A stretch of 63,397 nucleotides of DNA, filler included, from Octopus bimaculoides (lineage: Eukaryota), in the NCBI RefSeq assembly GCF_001194135.2. It is 6 parts of 6 records of this genome, joined end to end, with 100 filler letters (N's around TTAATTAATTAA, not from the genome) between each part and the next. Parts side by side here need not be neighbours in the genome. Positions count along the whole stretch, not along the records: positions 28,119 to 40,328 come from NC_069007.1; positions 40,429 to 53,195 come from NC_068987.1; 4 more parts are not named here. One strand, given 5' to 3'. Both the position numbers and the translations under genes were made by a program. Under the pieces are notes generated by a model that was given only the letters and a program-made list of their open reading frames with translations, ran no database searches and was not told the DNA's origin. Positions 39,646 to 50,830 of the stretch are shown one piece after another (within the stretch, counting starts at the first letter, position 1; every line of letters begins with the position of its first letter).

Positions 39646-40094
39646 ATATATGAATGTATATAAATTATACATGCATATATATGCGGGTGTGTGTATGTGT
39701 GTATATTATAATGGCTCATTGTTGCACTCTGTGAATGCCCCCATTCGGTTATCAGATTTCTCTGCATGACAAATAATCGTATCATTACTGTGCTTCCATA
39801 GCAGGGCATCGTGTCTGTCGTAGGAGCCATTGTCTCGTACCCTGTGACCTCGCAAACCATTGGAATGGTATCATCTGCACATGATTATGACAGCACTCGA
39901 TGTCACCTTGGAAGAGAGATATTACGTGATGGTCGCTAGGTCCGCTAGAAATAGCAGCAACGTAATGTAGTTCGAACCAGACTTCAGTTTCCTTAATAAG
40001 GATTGGCCACTTTAGGTAATGGCTGAAAAGCTGGTGGGGCAGTTTGTGATGTACAATATGCGTAGGATATCTGAGGACCCTTAATCGATCTTTT

Positions 40095-40325
40095 ACCTGA
40101 TTCAGTCATTGGACTGCGACCCTTGAAGGGCTGTAGTCGAACAAGTCGAACAAATCGACTTGTTCGATTGAAGTCGAACGAATCGACCCCAGGACTTATG
40201 CTTTGTAAGCCTAGTACTTATTCTATCGGTATTTTTTGCCGAATCGCTAAGTTACGGGGACGTGAACACACCAATATCTGTTGTCAAGCGACGGTGGGGG
40301 AGGAAAAATATAGACACACACACGC
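40095..40325 (-). mobile_element. SINE family B, 3' half
   Basis: TTCAGTCATTGGACTGCG...ATCGACCCCAGGACTT...TTGTCAAGCGACGG. Confidence 0.85.
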
Positions 40326-40733
40326 ATANNNNNNNNNNNNNNNNNNNNNNNNNNNNNNNNNNNNNNNNNNNNTTAATTAATTAANNNNNNNNNNNNNNNN
40401 NNNNNNNNNNNNNNNNNNNNNNNNNNNNAGAGAGAGAGAGAGAGAGAGAATAATAAAAAAAAAACTTGTGGATTTAGCGATGAAGCATGGCGAATACAAA
40501 ATTATATGTAAAGTTAAGATCCAAGGATCAAGGTGTAGGAAGTTAGTAAGATTCGAGCAGTCCGTAGAAAGTATTAAAAAAAAAAAACTTTTAGGAACAA
40601 TGATAGTTTATTGGCGTAGAGGGTTGTAGGTTTTTTTCCATATCGAAGTTCGATAAGATGAAAAACGTTATTTTATAGTTCTCGGTTAGCATCTAGGGTT
40701 GCTGTGAATGTGAATAAAAGTCCAAATTGAGGG

Positions 40734-40923
40734 AATGGAGCCGATAAAATCCAGCCTATATATGTTTCCTAGCTAGGAGAACCTCGGAAGTAATAATTAC
40801 TCAACGATGGTTACTCCACTTGCCTGATGAATAACTAGTGGAGTACCTCTCATTGAGTAATTATTACTTTCGAGGTTCTGCTAGCTAGGAAACATATGTA
40901 GCTTGGATTTTATCGGCTCCATT
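40734..40923. other. Foldback palindrome (87-bp arms, 16-nt loop); MITE or hairpin RNA
   Basis: 40734-40820 is the reverse complement of 40837-40923 with 9 mismatches and no indels by my count. Confidence 0.9.
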
Positions 40924-40969
40924 TCTTCAATTTGTATATATATATATATATATATATTATATACATAAG

Positions 40970-41430
40970 AACAGGCATGGCTACGTGGTCAACAAGCATG
41001 CTTTGCAACCATATAGTTTCCGGTTCTGTCTTGCAACGCGGCACTCTTCTAGTGTAGCCCGGATCTACCTTTGCCTTATGAGAGAATTTAGTACACATAA
41101 ACTGTCATGTCTGTCTGTCTGTCTGTCTGTCTCTGTCTCTCTCTCCCTCTTTCTCTCTCTATCTCAGTCTGTCTGTCTGTCCCTGTCTCTCTCTCTATCT
41201 GCGCGCGTGTGTGTACCTCTCTCCACCGCTTGACAATTGGTTTTAGTTTCTTTACACACCCGTAGTCTAGCGGTTCGGCAAAAGAAACCAAAAGAATATG
41301 TACCAGGCTTAAGAGAAAAACAGAACCCCCTCCCACCAACAAACAAACAAGTACTGAGATTTGATTTGCTCTACTAAACCGTTCAAGGCAGTGCCTCAAC
41401 ATAGCCGCAGTCCAACGACTGAAATCTGAA
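40970..41430 (+). mobile_element. SINE family B, full length with internal microsatellite
   Basis: tRNA-like head, CORE-like body, (CTGT/CT)n insert, GCGGTTCGGCAAAAGA 3' half. Confidence 0.85.
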
Positions 41431-41939
41431 TAATTTATCATGATATAATGCCCTGCAGAAAAATGGCGAGACGACGTCAACATCCTGCTGAGATTTTATT
41501 AAATGGTATGGACGAACTAAGAATTAAAAAATAAAAATCCCCTGGTGTTCTTAATAGTTTCTGATTTTCAATTTTATTTATTTATTTTCGCCCGCGTTGC
41601 TAAGATTGATATCTTTTACGCAAGTACTGTGCCTCAGTTTTGTATTTAGTAAAGAAATGAGAATGTAACGTTGACAGTTTTATAGTAGTATCAGGTGGAG
41701 CGATTTACTGTTGTTATTATCCTGTTAAAACTTTCCGTTCCTCTGGAACAGTGGGTGCAGAGGGATGCATGTGCACCCCTTAATATTTTTGTGGGGCAAT
41801 GAAAACACTTTGAACATCCTCCTGAAAAACTTCATCACCAAAATGAACGAGCGTAGAAACATTTTTGGATTGTTCTCAAGCATTATTTTTCCATTATTGG
41901 ATTATTTTCCCATTATCAGATTTGATTCATGTACAAATG

Positions 41940-42020
<81 letters not shown>

Positions 42021-42046
42021 GTTGTTGTTGTTGTTGTTGTTGTTGT
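41940..42046. repeat. (AAT)n-(ATT)n-(GTT)n compound repeat
   Basis: Direct reading. Confidence 0.95.
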
Positions 42047-42047
42047 A

Positions 42048-42267
42048 CCTAAGGCGGCGAGCTGGCAGAATCGTTAGCATGCTGGACGAAATGCTTAACT
42101 GTATATCACCCGTCGCTACGTTCTGAGTTCAAATTGCGCCGACGTCGACTTTGCCTTTCATCCTTTCGGGGTCAATAAATTAAGTACTAGTTGAACACTG
42201 GGGTCGATGCAATAGACTAGCCCCTTTCCCCCACAATTTCAGGCCTTCCGCCTATTGTAGAAAGGAT
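42048..42267 (+). mobile_element. SINE family A
   Basis: AAGGCGGCGAGCTGGCAGAATCGTTAGC...CCTATTGTAGAAAGG. Confidence 0.92.
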
Positions 42268-42510
42268 TATTATTATTGAATGAGAGAGCAGTGCATGCCA
42301 ACAAAGTGACATTGGGGTAAAATATACGAAGCCCAATATACCCATCATGACTATCCGTCTGAGAAGGGTACACCAGGCACATGCATCACAACCATATGTG
42401 CGTGACATGGTGATCTCATATCAAGATAAACAGCGCATGACCTCGCAGATGTAGCCCAGTTAGAATTTTTTTCAGGTTGAGTTGCCCATCTCGCTCAAAA
42501 GGTCCCTGAC
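42268..42510 (-). mobile_element. (AAT)n-tailed repeat, 3' part
   Basis: Reverse complement of 30030-30260. Confidence 0.88.
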
Positions 42511-42511
42511 C

Positions 42512-42727
42512 TGAGGCGGCGAGCTGGCAGATTCGTTAGCACGCTGAACGAAATGCTTAGCGGTATTTCACCAGTCGCTACGTTCTGAGTTCAAATTGCA
42601 CCGAGGTCGATTTTACCTGTTATCCTTTCGGGGTCAATAAATTAAGTACTAGTTGAACACTGGGGTCGTTGTAATCGACTAGCCCCTTCCCCCACAATTT
42701 CAGGCCTTGCGCCTATTGTAGAAGGGA
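42512..42727 (+). mobile_element. SINE family A
   Basis: AGGCGGCGAGCTGGCAGATTCGTTAGC...CCTATTGTAGAAGGG. Confidence 0.92.
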
Positions 42728-42734
42728 GCGTCAG

Positions 42735-45000
42735 TTGGAAACCCTGGTTTCGCTGACGGCTATCACAACCAAACGTAGCGACCTGAGGTCATTGATCAGG
42801 TGTCCATGCTTCCATGGTGACCGTGGGCCACGAGCGTTTATTTTGTCTATCCTTAGCACGGTCATGTTAAACACTGAGAAGAGTAAGAAAGCAGGAAAGT
42901 GCTACTCACCGAGGTTTTGTTGGAGAGGAGTGGTGGTACATTCTCCGTCCCTCTCACTCGATGTGGGTGCTTTCCCCAGCAAGTTGTTGTAAAGGCTTTT
43001 ATTAAATGACTTTTAAAAATCCCCTACAAAGTGAGGATATTTATTTTTTAATGAGTTGTGAGTGTTCCCTGTTGCTTTGAATATTTTTGTGTGCTGTGGT
43101 ATGTTAGTGTTCACCCTTGGTGCAACGAGAACGCTCTGGTTAATGTCACTGCAATGTTGAATGTCTTGCATTGATGTCTTGTTTTCTGTGTTTACGGAAA
43201 CAGAGAAAACAGTGAAGTTTATAATTTCTGGTTTTTGTTTGTTTGATGGGGTGTAGTTTAACTGTTGCGTGTGTAAATGAAATAGCGTCGGTGATGGTCA
43301 CAGAAATAATGATGGTGTTGTTGTTATTATCGACTGTGTCAGTGGATTTGTTGTTGGGAGTGGTGTGTTATTGTTGCTCCTATTGCTGCCCATCCCTCTC
43401 TGTTCAAACCTACCAGTTTTCTGTTGTAGTGGGTGCGTATTATTGTCTTCTTTTCTCTCCTTTAGTGGGGATGGGGGACAACTATTTTGCCAGTTCTGTT
43501 CCTCCCCACCCCTTCATTTTCTTGGCCCGAAAAGGGGAGGGGGATGCCTTACGGAAGTTTTTGATTCTTTATTGAAATTGTAGTTGTTCTTCTGGAATTT
43601 CCTGATATTCTGGGGTTTCCTGATTGCTCCGAACACGTGAGGGGTAAGTCTTGCGGAGCTTTTTGTGGTTTTTCTGTTGACAAATTTTTGCTGCTGTCGG
43701 CGTCGATTGATTCTCTGCTGTCGTTCCCACTGTTGTTCTTGGAGTTGTTGCTGTCGGTGCGTCTGTGATCGCAGATGCTGCAACTACTCTTACTGCTAAA
43801 TTTTCAGCTGCAGCCGCCTGCTTCTGCTGTTGTTGTTGTTGTTGTGGTAGTGGTGATGTTGGCAAAAGTGCAGGTGTCATCTTTCTTTTGTTGTAGGCAG
43901 AAAGCCTTTAGATGGTTTGTGTTACCGCATAGGTGACATTTCGGCTTTCTGCTCTCGACAACCACAGGTAGTTTTGACCCATCCAGTAGGCTTATATAAT
44001 CCAGGATATTTTCCACAGTTTTCTGATCTGTTTGCATTAGCAGCTGCATCCCTTGACCTAACCAGTTCTGCTTGTGAATCTTATGCATTTGTAAAATCTT
44101 GATTTTCTCCTCTATGTCTTGGAAGATTGCAGCTACTAACCAGCAGATATAAATTTCTGGTGGAATATTGAATATTCTGATTCTGTATACCCTACGCTTC
44201 AGGTAGGTAGATAGAAGAATTATTTATTTACTCGTCAGGGTAGCTGTCGAGTGTTCTTTTGCTTTCTCCACTGAGCCGAACCTTACCTCTACAGTCCCAT
44301 GTTTCTTCCCCCTGGTCACATAGATGTTTGCTCTTCCACACCGGTCTTAGGCATGTCTCTACTTGTTGTTAGGTCGCCTGTTTGACTTTTCTGCTTCTCA
44401 CTCCATTTATTTTATATAGGATTGTCCGCAAACTGATTTCATGCTGGACAGCCCTAGGAATGTTTAGCGTCACCTTTCTTCAGCATGCATTTAGCATATC
44501 TGAACTCATTTTCATCTAAGAGACCATCTTCACTTAGTTGCCTTTTTGCTTGCGCGAAGTCGAAACTGATCCGATTGGATTTGCTCGTGTCGAATTCGTT
44601 GTTTTCTTTGTTAATCATGTCGGTGATGGTGATGGTGATGGTGGTGGTGGTGTTGGACCTGCTACTGGCATCGGTGGTGGCGGTGGGGGTGGGAGTGTTC
44701 TCGCTTGTATTGGTGTTTTTGGTTTTCTTTTGTTCCTGCAGAGGTAAAGAAGCAAGGGGAATTCATTTTCTTACGTTCCACGTGCGCTGTTGTTGTTGTT
44801 GTTGTTGTTGTTGCTGTTGTTACAACAGTCGCTGTCTTGTACAATTTGGCTGTTCTGTCTTGCGGATAACTCGCTGTTCTTTTCAGCGGACGGACGGTTT
44901 TCGTTCGCCATCTTTGATTTTATCAAAAAGCTACCAGTTCCCCAAGATCCTGGTTTGTTCAACTAAGTAAACAATAACAAACGTACAATGTCAAACAATG
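42735..45000 (-). mobile_element. Tx1/L1-like LINE 5' part: decayed gag-like ORF1 and start of ORF2
   Basis: ORF1 zinc knuckle CHLCGNTNHLKAFC (CX2CX4HX4C) near 43.9 kb; ORF2 start MTVLRIDKINARG...VIAVSETRVSN at about 42866-42735 (AP-endonuclease motifs I-II). Confidence 0.85.
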
Positions 45001-45086
45001 CATAATAATATGAATAACAACAAAACTTACGCAGTGGTGTGCGAGCACGTGTCGATAGACGAATAATAATAATAATAATAATAATA

Positions 45087-45125
<39 letters not shown>

Positions 45126-45131
<6 letters not shown>

Positions 45132-45357
45132 CCTTTTGAGCGGGTTGAGCTACTCGACCTGAAAAAATTCTAGCTGGATCCCCACCAGCAAGGTCATGTG
45201 CTGTTTATCCTGATCTGAAATCACCATGTCACGCACACATGGTTGTGATGTGTGTGCCCGGTGTACCCGCATCAGACGGGTAGTCATGATGGGTATATTG
45301 GGCTTCGTATATTTGTACCCCAGTGTCACTTTGATTGCATGCGCTGCTCTCTCACTC

Positions 45358-45407
<50 letters not shown>
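45126..45407 (+). mobile_element. (AAT)n-tailed repeat, 3' part
   Basis: Homologous to 30030-30295. Confidence 0.88.
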
Positions 45408-45545
45408 GGCGACTACCGTACCAGTGATTGTAGGATCTCTAGGAATGATAAAAAAAGGTACTGAAACCTATTTGAAAATGATACGAGGTTTACCATCCCT
45501 ACAGGAAGTGCAAAAAATCGTGTCAACTGGAACGACTTAGGTACT
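45408..45545 (+). mobile_element. R4/Dong-like LINE C-terminal fragment
   Basis: KATTVPVIVGSLGMIKKGTETYL...SLQEVQKIVSTGT. Confidence 0.8.
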
Positions 45546-45739
45546 GAGCATTATCGCTGTAAAAACAATATCCATTCATGAATTTATTTATTTATTATTG
45601 TTTTTTTTAATACATATTTTACCTGTGAATTTGCGTGTATAAACTGGGAATGCATACAATGAGCTTCTCTGCTCTAGGTGTACGGAAAACACTTGGCGAG
45701 AAATGGAAGAAAATTTGAAGAAAGAAGAAAAAAAACATG

Positions 45740-45948
45740 ATAATAATAATAATAATCCTTTCTGTTATAGGCACAAGGCCTGAAATTTTGGGGAGAGGAC
45801 TAATCAATTACACCGACCCCAGTGTTTCACTGGTAGTTAATTTATCGACACCGAAGGGATGAAAGGCAAGGTCGACCTCGGCGGAATTTGAACTCAGAAC
45901 GTAAAGACAGATGAATTGTCACTAAGCATTCTGTCCGGCGTACTAAAA
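45740..45948 (-). mobile_element. SINE family A
   Basis: GGCACAAGGCCTGAAATTTTGGGG...GTCGACCTCGGCGGAATTTGAACTCAGAACG. Confidence 0.9.
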
Positions 45949-46464
45949 CGATAATGGGGATGAGGAAGATGAGGATGTAGACAACAACGACGATGACAAC
46001 AATTATAACTACTAATAATCCAATTAATTAACAATTAACATTCTAAAATGAATGACATGTTTCGTCGTTGTTTAATGTTTGTTGAAATGGTTGAATTAAC
46101 AAAAACAAAAATATCTGTATTGTTTTATTAGCTTCCTTGTAATTTATGGTTTTAATTGCAATAATTACTCCGCGTTTGTTGTCTGTTGCGCAAAGGGGGT
46201 TTCCATTTATCATCATTGCAGACACTGTGAGGGAAATTTGTTGACACTTTGAGGGAAATTTGTTAAAATTCTTATTTTTACGGGGATTTTGTTATAATGT
46301 AATTTTTCTTATGTAACATAAATAAAACCGATAAATTCCCAGCAGATTCTTTGTTGTTGACTCTTAAAATCGACCGAACTAATTTGGTGCTTCCTGAATT
46401 TTGACACTCATCTTCTTATTTACCACCAGGTCAGCCTGGATCACAGAGAGCTGTGACACCATCT

Positions 46465-46790
46465 AACATCAATGGAACATCCTGCTCATGAAATTAACGT
46501 GCAAGTGGCTGAGCACTCCACAGACACGTGTACCCTTAACGTAGTTCTCGGGGAGATTCAGAATGACACAGAGTGTGACAAGGCTGGCCTCTTTGAAATA
46601 CAGGTACAACAGAAACAGGAAGAAAGAGTGAGAGAAAATTATGGTGAAAGAATACAGCAGGTTGCGCCGCCAACCTCCGCCGAAGCCTCGTGGAGCTTTA
46701 GGTGTTTTCGCTCAATAAACACTCACAACGCCCGGTTTGGGAAGCGAAACCGCGATCTTATGCCCGCGAGTCCGCTGCCCTAACCACTGT
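46465..46790 (-). mobile_element. SINE family D
   Basis: Near-collinear with 34060-34375. Confidence 0.9.
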
Positions 46791-46799
46791 TGTTATCCA

Positions 46800-46995
46800 T
46801 CGCTGCATCGTTTTAACTTTGCATAGTTTTAGCTTTCGAATGATATCACCCCGTTGGCCAAGGCGAGTAACCAACTATCGCTCTGGACTGGTGCAACGTG
46901 AAATGAAGTGTTTTGCTGAAGAACACGACGCGCCGCTCGGTCTGGGATTCCAAATCACGATTTCACGATCGTGTGTGCAATACACCTAACCACTT
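46800..46995 (-). mobile_element. SINE family H
   Basis: CAACGTGAAATGAAGTGTTTTGCTGAAGAACAC and TAGCTTTCGAATGAT, reverse complement of 7717-7910. Confidence 0.8.
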
Positions 46996-47089
46996 GATCA
47001 TGCATCTTCATACATACACACGCACATGCACACACACACACGTGGGCACAAACATGCACGCACGCATACACAAATTTGACAAGTGTTTG

Positions 47090-47151
47090 ACTCAGCTTCA
47101 CATGGACATAGAGTTTCGTGGGCGCACAGAACATGCAAACTCATCAGGCGT
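47090..47151 (-). ncRNA. Hammerhead-ribozyme-like core, copy 1 (degenerate)
   Basis: ACGC-CUGAUGA-GU...AC-GAAA-CUCUA...UGAAG-C-U-GAGU; helix I weak, C at 16.1. Confidence 0.4.
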
Positions 47152-47789
47152 TGCGAGGCACACTTATTAAACTATTAGTCATGTAGAGCAGAGTCAAACT
47201 GTTATAAAAATATATGTAACTCCCACGAACTGTGTTGAGTGCAGCTACATTCTTCTTCAGTTCGTTCACTCACTCATGTAAGTATGTATGTATGTATATA
47301 AATATGCATACATACATATATTCATATATACATATNNNNNNNNNNNNNNNNNNNNNNNNNNNNNNNNNNNNNNNNNNNNNNNNNNNNNNNNNNNNNNNNN
47401 NNNNNNNNNNNNNNNNNNNNNNNNNNNNNNNNNNNNNNNNNNNNNNNNNNNNNNNNNNNNNNNNNNNNNNNNNNNNNNNNNNNNNNNNNNNNNNNNNNNN
47501 NNNNNNNNNNNNNNNNNNNNNNNNNNNNNNNNNNNNNNNNNNNNNNNNNNNNNNNNNNNNNNNNNNNNNNNNNNNNNNNNNNNNNNNNNNNNNNNNNNNN
47601 NNNNNNNNNNNNNNNNNNNNNNNNNNNNNNNNNNNNNNNNNNNNNNNNNNNNNNNNNNNNNNNNNNNNNNNNNNNNNNNNNNNNNNNNNNNNNNNNNNNN
47701 NNNNNNNNNNNNNNNNNNNNNNNNNNNNNNNNNNNNNNNNNNNNNNNNNNNNNNNNNNNNNNNNNNNNNATATATATATATATACATAC

Positions 47790-47950
47790 ATACGACGGGC
47801 TTCTTTCAGTTTCCGTCTACAAAATCCACTCACAAGGCTTTGGTCGGCTCGAGGCTATAGTAGGAGACTCCTGTTCAAGCTGCCACGCAGTGGGTCTGAA
47901 TCCGGAACCATGTGGTTGGTAAGCAAGTTACTTACCACATAGCCACTCCT
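47790..47950 (-). mobile_element. SINE family B, 5' half
   Basis: GACGGGCTTCTTTCAGTTTCCGTCTAC...GGAACCATGTGGTTGGTAAGC...AGCCACTCC. Confidence 0.9.
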
Positions 47951-48234
47951 GTGTGACAACATGCACTAGTCTGGTGGTCAATTCAGGTTATTAACCATGA
48001 ACTATAAAAAAATGTGTATGTATGTACGTATGTATGTATGTGTGTGTATGTGTGTGTAAAGGATCTAAGTGTGGAAAGTTTGTAAGCTTCGCGCAATCTG
48101 TGGTAGTTATAAAAAACAACGTTCAGCAACTAGAATAATTTAATGGTGTGGAAAGGTGGTGGGCTTTTCCCCGATAAGCGGCAAAGAAATTTTTCATAGT
48201 TCACGGTTAACAACCTAAGTCGACATGACTATTA

Positions 48235-48435
48235 GATGTTGTCACACATTGCTGGTCGCGATGCGCTCTGCATCGTTTTAGCTTTCGAATGATGCCAACC
48301 CGGTGGTGGCATATTTACAGCCGAATAGACTGGATCAACGTGAAATGAAGTGTCTTGCTCAAGAACACAACGCGTCGTTCGGTCTGGAATTCTAAAGCAC
48401 GATATCAAGATCGTTTGTGCAACACGCCCAGCCTG
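48235..48435 (-). mobile_element. SINE family H
   Basis: CAACGTGAAATGAAGTGTCTTGCTCAAGAACAC plus tail. Confidence 0.82.
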
Positions 48436-48511
48436 TTGGCCATGCGCCTTCACACACATGCACACACGCGCTCGTGTGAACCCCACCCCCCACAAATTTG
48501 ATACATGTTTG

Positions 48512-48573
48512 ACTCAGCTTCACATGGACATGAAGTTTCGTGGGCGCACAGAACATGCAAACTCATCAGGCGT
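48512..48573 (-). ncRNA. Hammerhead-ribozyme-like core, copy 2 (degenerate)
   Basis: ACGC-CUGAUGA-GU...AC-GAAA-CUUCA[UGUCCAUG]UGAAG-C-U-GAGU; perfect 5-bp helix III in the correct register, C at 16.1. Confidence 0.45.
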
Positions 48574-48640
48574 TGCGAGGCACACTTATTAAACTATTAG
48601 TCACGTAGAGCAGAGTCAAACTGTTATAAACATATATGTA

Positions 48641-49850
48641 GGAGTGGCTGTGAGGTAAGTAGCTTGCTTACCAACCACATGGTTCCGGGTTCAGTTCCAC
48701 TGCGTGGCACCTTCGGCAAGTGTCTTCTACTATAGTTTCGGGCCGACCAAAACCTTGTGAGTGGATTTGGTAGACAGAAACTGAAAGAAGCCCGTCGTAT
48801 ATNNNNNNNNNNNNNNNNNNNNNNNNNNNNNNNNNNNNNNNNNNNNNNNNNNNNNNNNNNNNNNNNNNNNNNNNNNNNNNNNNNNNNNNNNNNNNNNNNN
48901 NNNNNNNNNNNNNNNNNNNNNNNNNNNNNNNNNNNNNNNNNNNNNNNNNNNNNNNNNNNNNNNNNNNNNNNNNNNNNNNNNNNNNNNNNNNNNNNNNNNN
49001 NNNNNNNNNNNNNNNNNNNNNNNNNNNNNNNNNNNNNNNNNNNNNNNNNNNNNNNNNNNNNNNNNNNNNNNNNNNNNNNNNNNNNNNNNNNNNNNNNNNN
49101 NNNNNNNNNNNNNNNNNNNNNNNNNNNNNNNNNNNNNNNNNNNNNNNNNNNNNNNNNNNNNNNNNNNNNNNNNNNNNNNNNNNNNNNNNNNNNNNNNNNN
49201 NNNNNNNNNNNNNNNNNNNNNNNNNNNNNNNNNNNNNNNNNNNNNNNNNNNNNNNNNNNNNNNNNNNNNNNNNNNNNNNNNNNNNNNNNNNNNNNNNNNN
49301 NNNNNNNNNNNNNNNNNNNNNNNNNNNNNNNNNNNNNNNNNNNNNNNNNNNNNNNNNNNNNNNNNNNNNNNNNNNNNNNNNNNNNNNNNNNNNNNNNNNN
49401 NNNNNNNNNNNNNNNNNNNNNNNNNNNNNNNNNNNNNNNNNNNNNNNNNNNNNNNNNNNNNNNNNNNNNNNNNNNNNNNNNNNNNNNNNNNNNNNNNNNN
49501 NNNNNNNNNNNNNNNNNNNNNNNNNNNNNNNNNNNNNNNNNNNNNNNNNNNNNNNNNNNNNNNNNNNNNNNNNNNNNNNNNNNNNNNNNNNNNNNNNNNN
49601 NNNNNNNNNNNNNNNNNNNNNNNNNNNNNNNNNNNNNNNNNNNNNNNNNNNNNNNNNNNNNNNNNNNNNNNNNNNNNNNNNNNNNNNNNNNNNNNNNNNN
49701 NNNNNNNNNNNNNNNNNNNNNNNNNNNNNNNNNNNNNNNNNNNNNNNNNNNNNNNNNNNNNNNNNNNNNNNNNNNNNNNTACGTCCCTGTAACTTAACAG
49801 TTCGGCAAAGGAAATACATAGAACAAGTACTAAGCTAAAATAAATAATAA
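48641..49850 (+). mobile_element. SINE family B spanning an assembly gap
   Basis: 5' half at 48641-48802; 3' half resumes at 49781 (ACGTCCCTGTAACTTAACAGTTCGGCAAAG). Confidence 0.8.
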
Positions 49851-50545
49851 TGAATACATTGTATTGTACCCTTCGTCGCATCGTAAGTTTCCGTTCACTC
49901 ACCCACTCATGTATGTGTATGCATATATATATATATATATATGTATGTATATATGTATATGCATGTGTGCATACACACTACATATGTGGATAATCGGTGT
50001 ATGTTTATCTGTGGTGTTGTCATCCAACTCCTCCTACATAGTTTTACTGATTTTGATGAAACTTGACACGTGAGTAGAACTCATGTCTGAAATCTCATGA
50101 CGTACTTAGATTGTTGAAAAATATTCATAATACGGCTTTTGGAAGGGACTTTTATATCTACTTCATATATCTAATTTTTTTTAAACATCCAAGGGAAATG
50201 AGCCATACCACCTCCACAATATTTTTTTTACATATGTACGTATGTATGTATGTATATACATATAAATATATACTCTCACACACACATGTATATAAACTTA
50301 AGAGTAGATAAATTTAGATGTTTCGGCAAAAGATCAGCCTCCGTCACGTCTAAATAAATAGCTCCACCTGATAGGATCTATTAAGTAATTTTTAATCCAA
50401 GTTCAATGGTATGATGGAACCTTCAAGTAGGGAATTGTTGGAAGAAGATGTATTCAAGTATAGGAGTCTTATCTTGTATCACTTGAAGAAAATTGTCCAG
50501 GCATCGTTTGACGGCGATGGGATCTTTTTCTTCTACACGCCTGCG

Positions 50546-50584
<39 letters not shown>

Positions 50585-50599
50585 CGACTTTCTTTCAGA

Positions 50600-50830
50600 T
50601 TCTTATTTCTTTATTGCCCACAAGGGACTAAACATAGAGGGGACAAACAAGAACAGACAAAGGGATTAAGTCGATTACATCGACCCCAGTGCGTAACTGG
50701 TACATAATTTATCGATCCCGAAAGGATGAAAGGCAAAGTCGACCTCGGCGGAATTTGAACTCAGAACGTAAAGACAGACGAAATACCGCTAAGCATTTCA
50801 CCCGGCGTGCTAACGTTTCTGCCAGCTCGC
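50600..50830 (-). mobile_element. SINE family A, young
   Basis: Near-consensus GAAAGGATGAAAGGCAAAGTCGACCTCGGCGGAATTTGAACTCAG...GCTAACGTTTCTGCCAGCTCGC. Confidence 0.92.
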
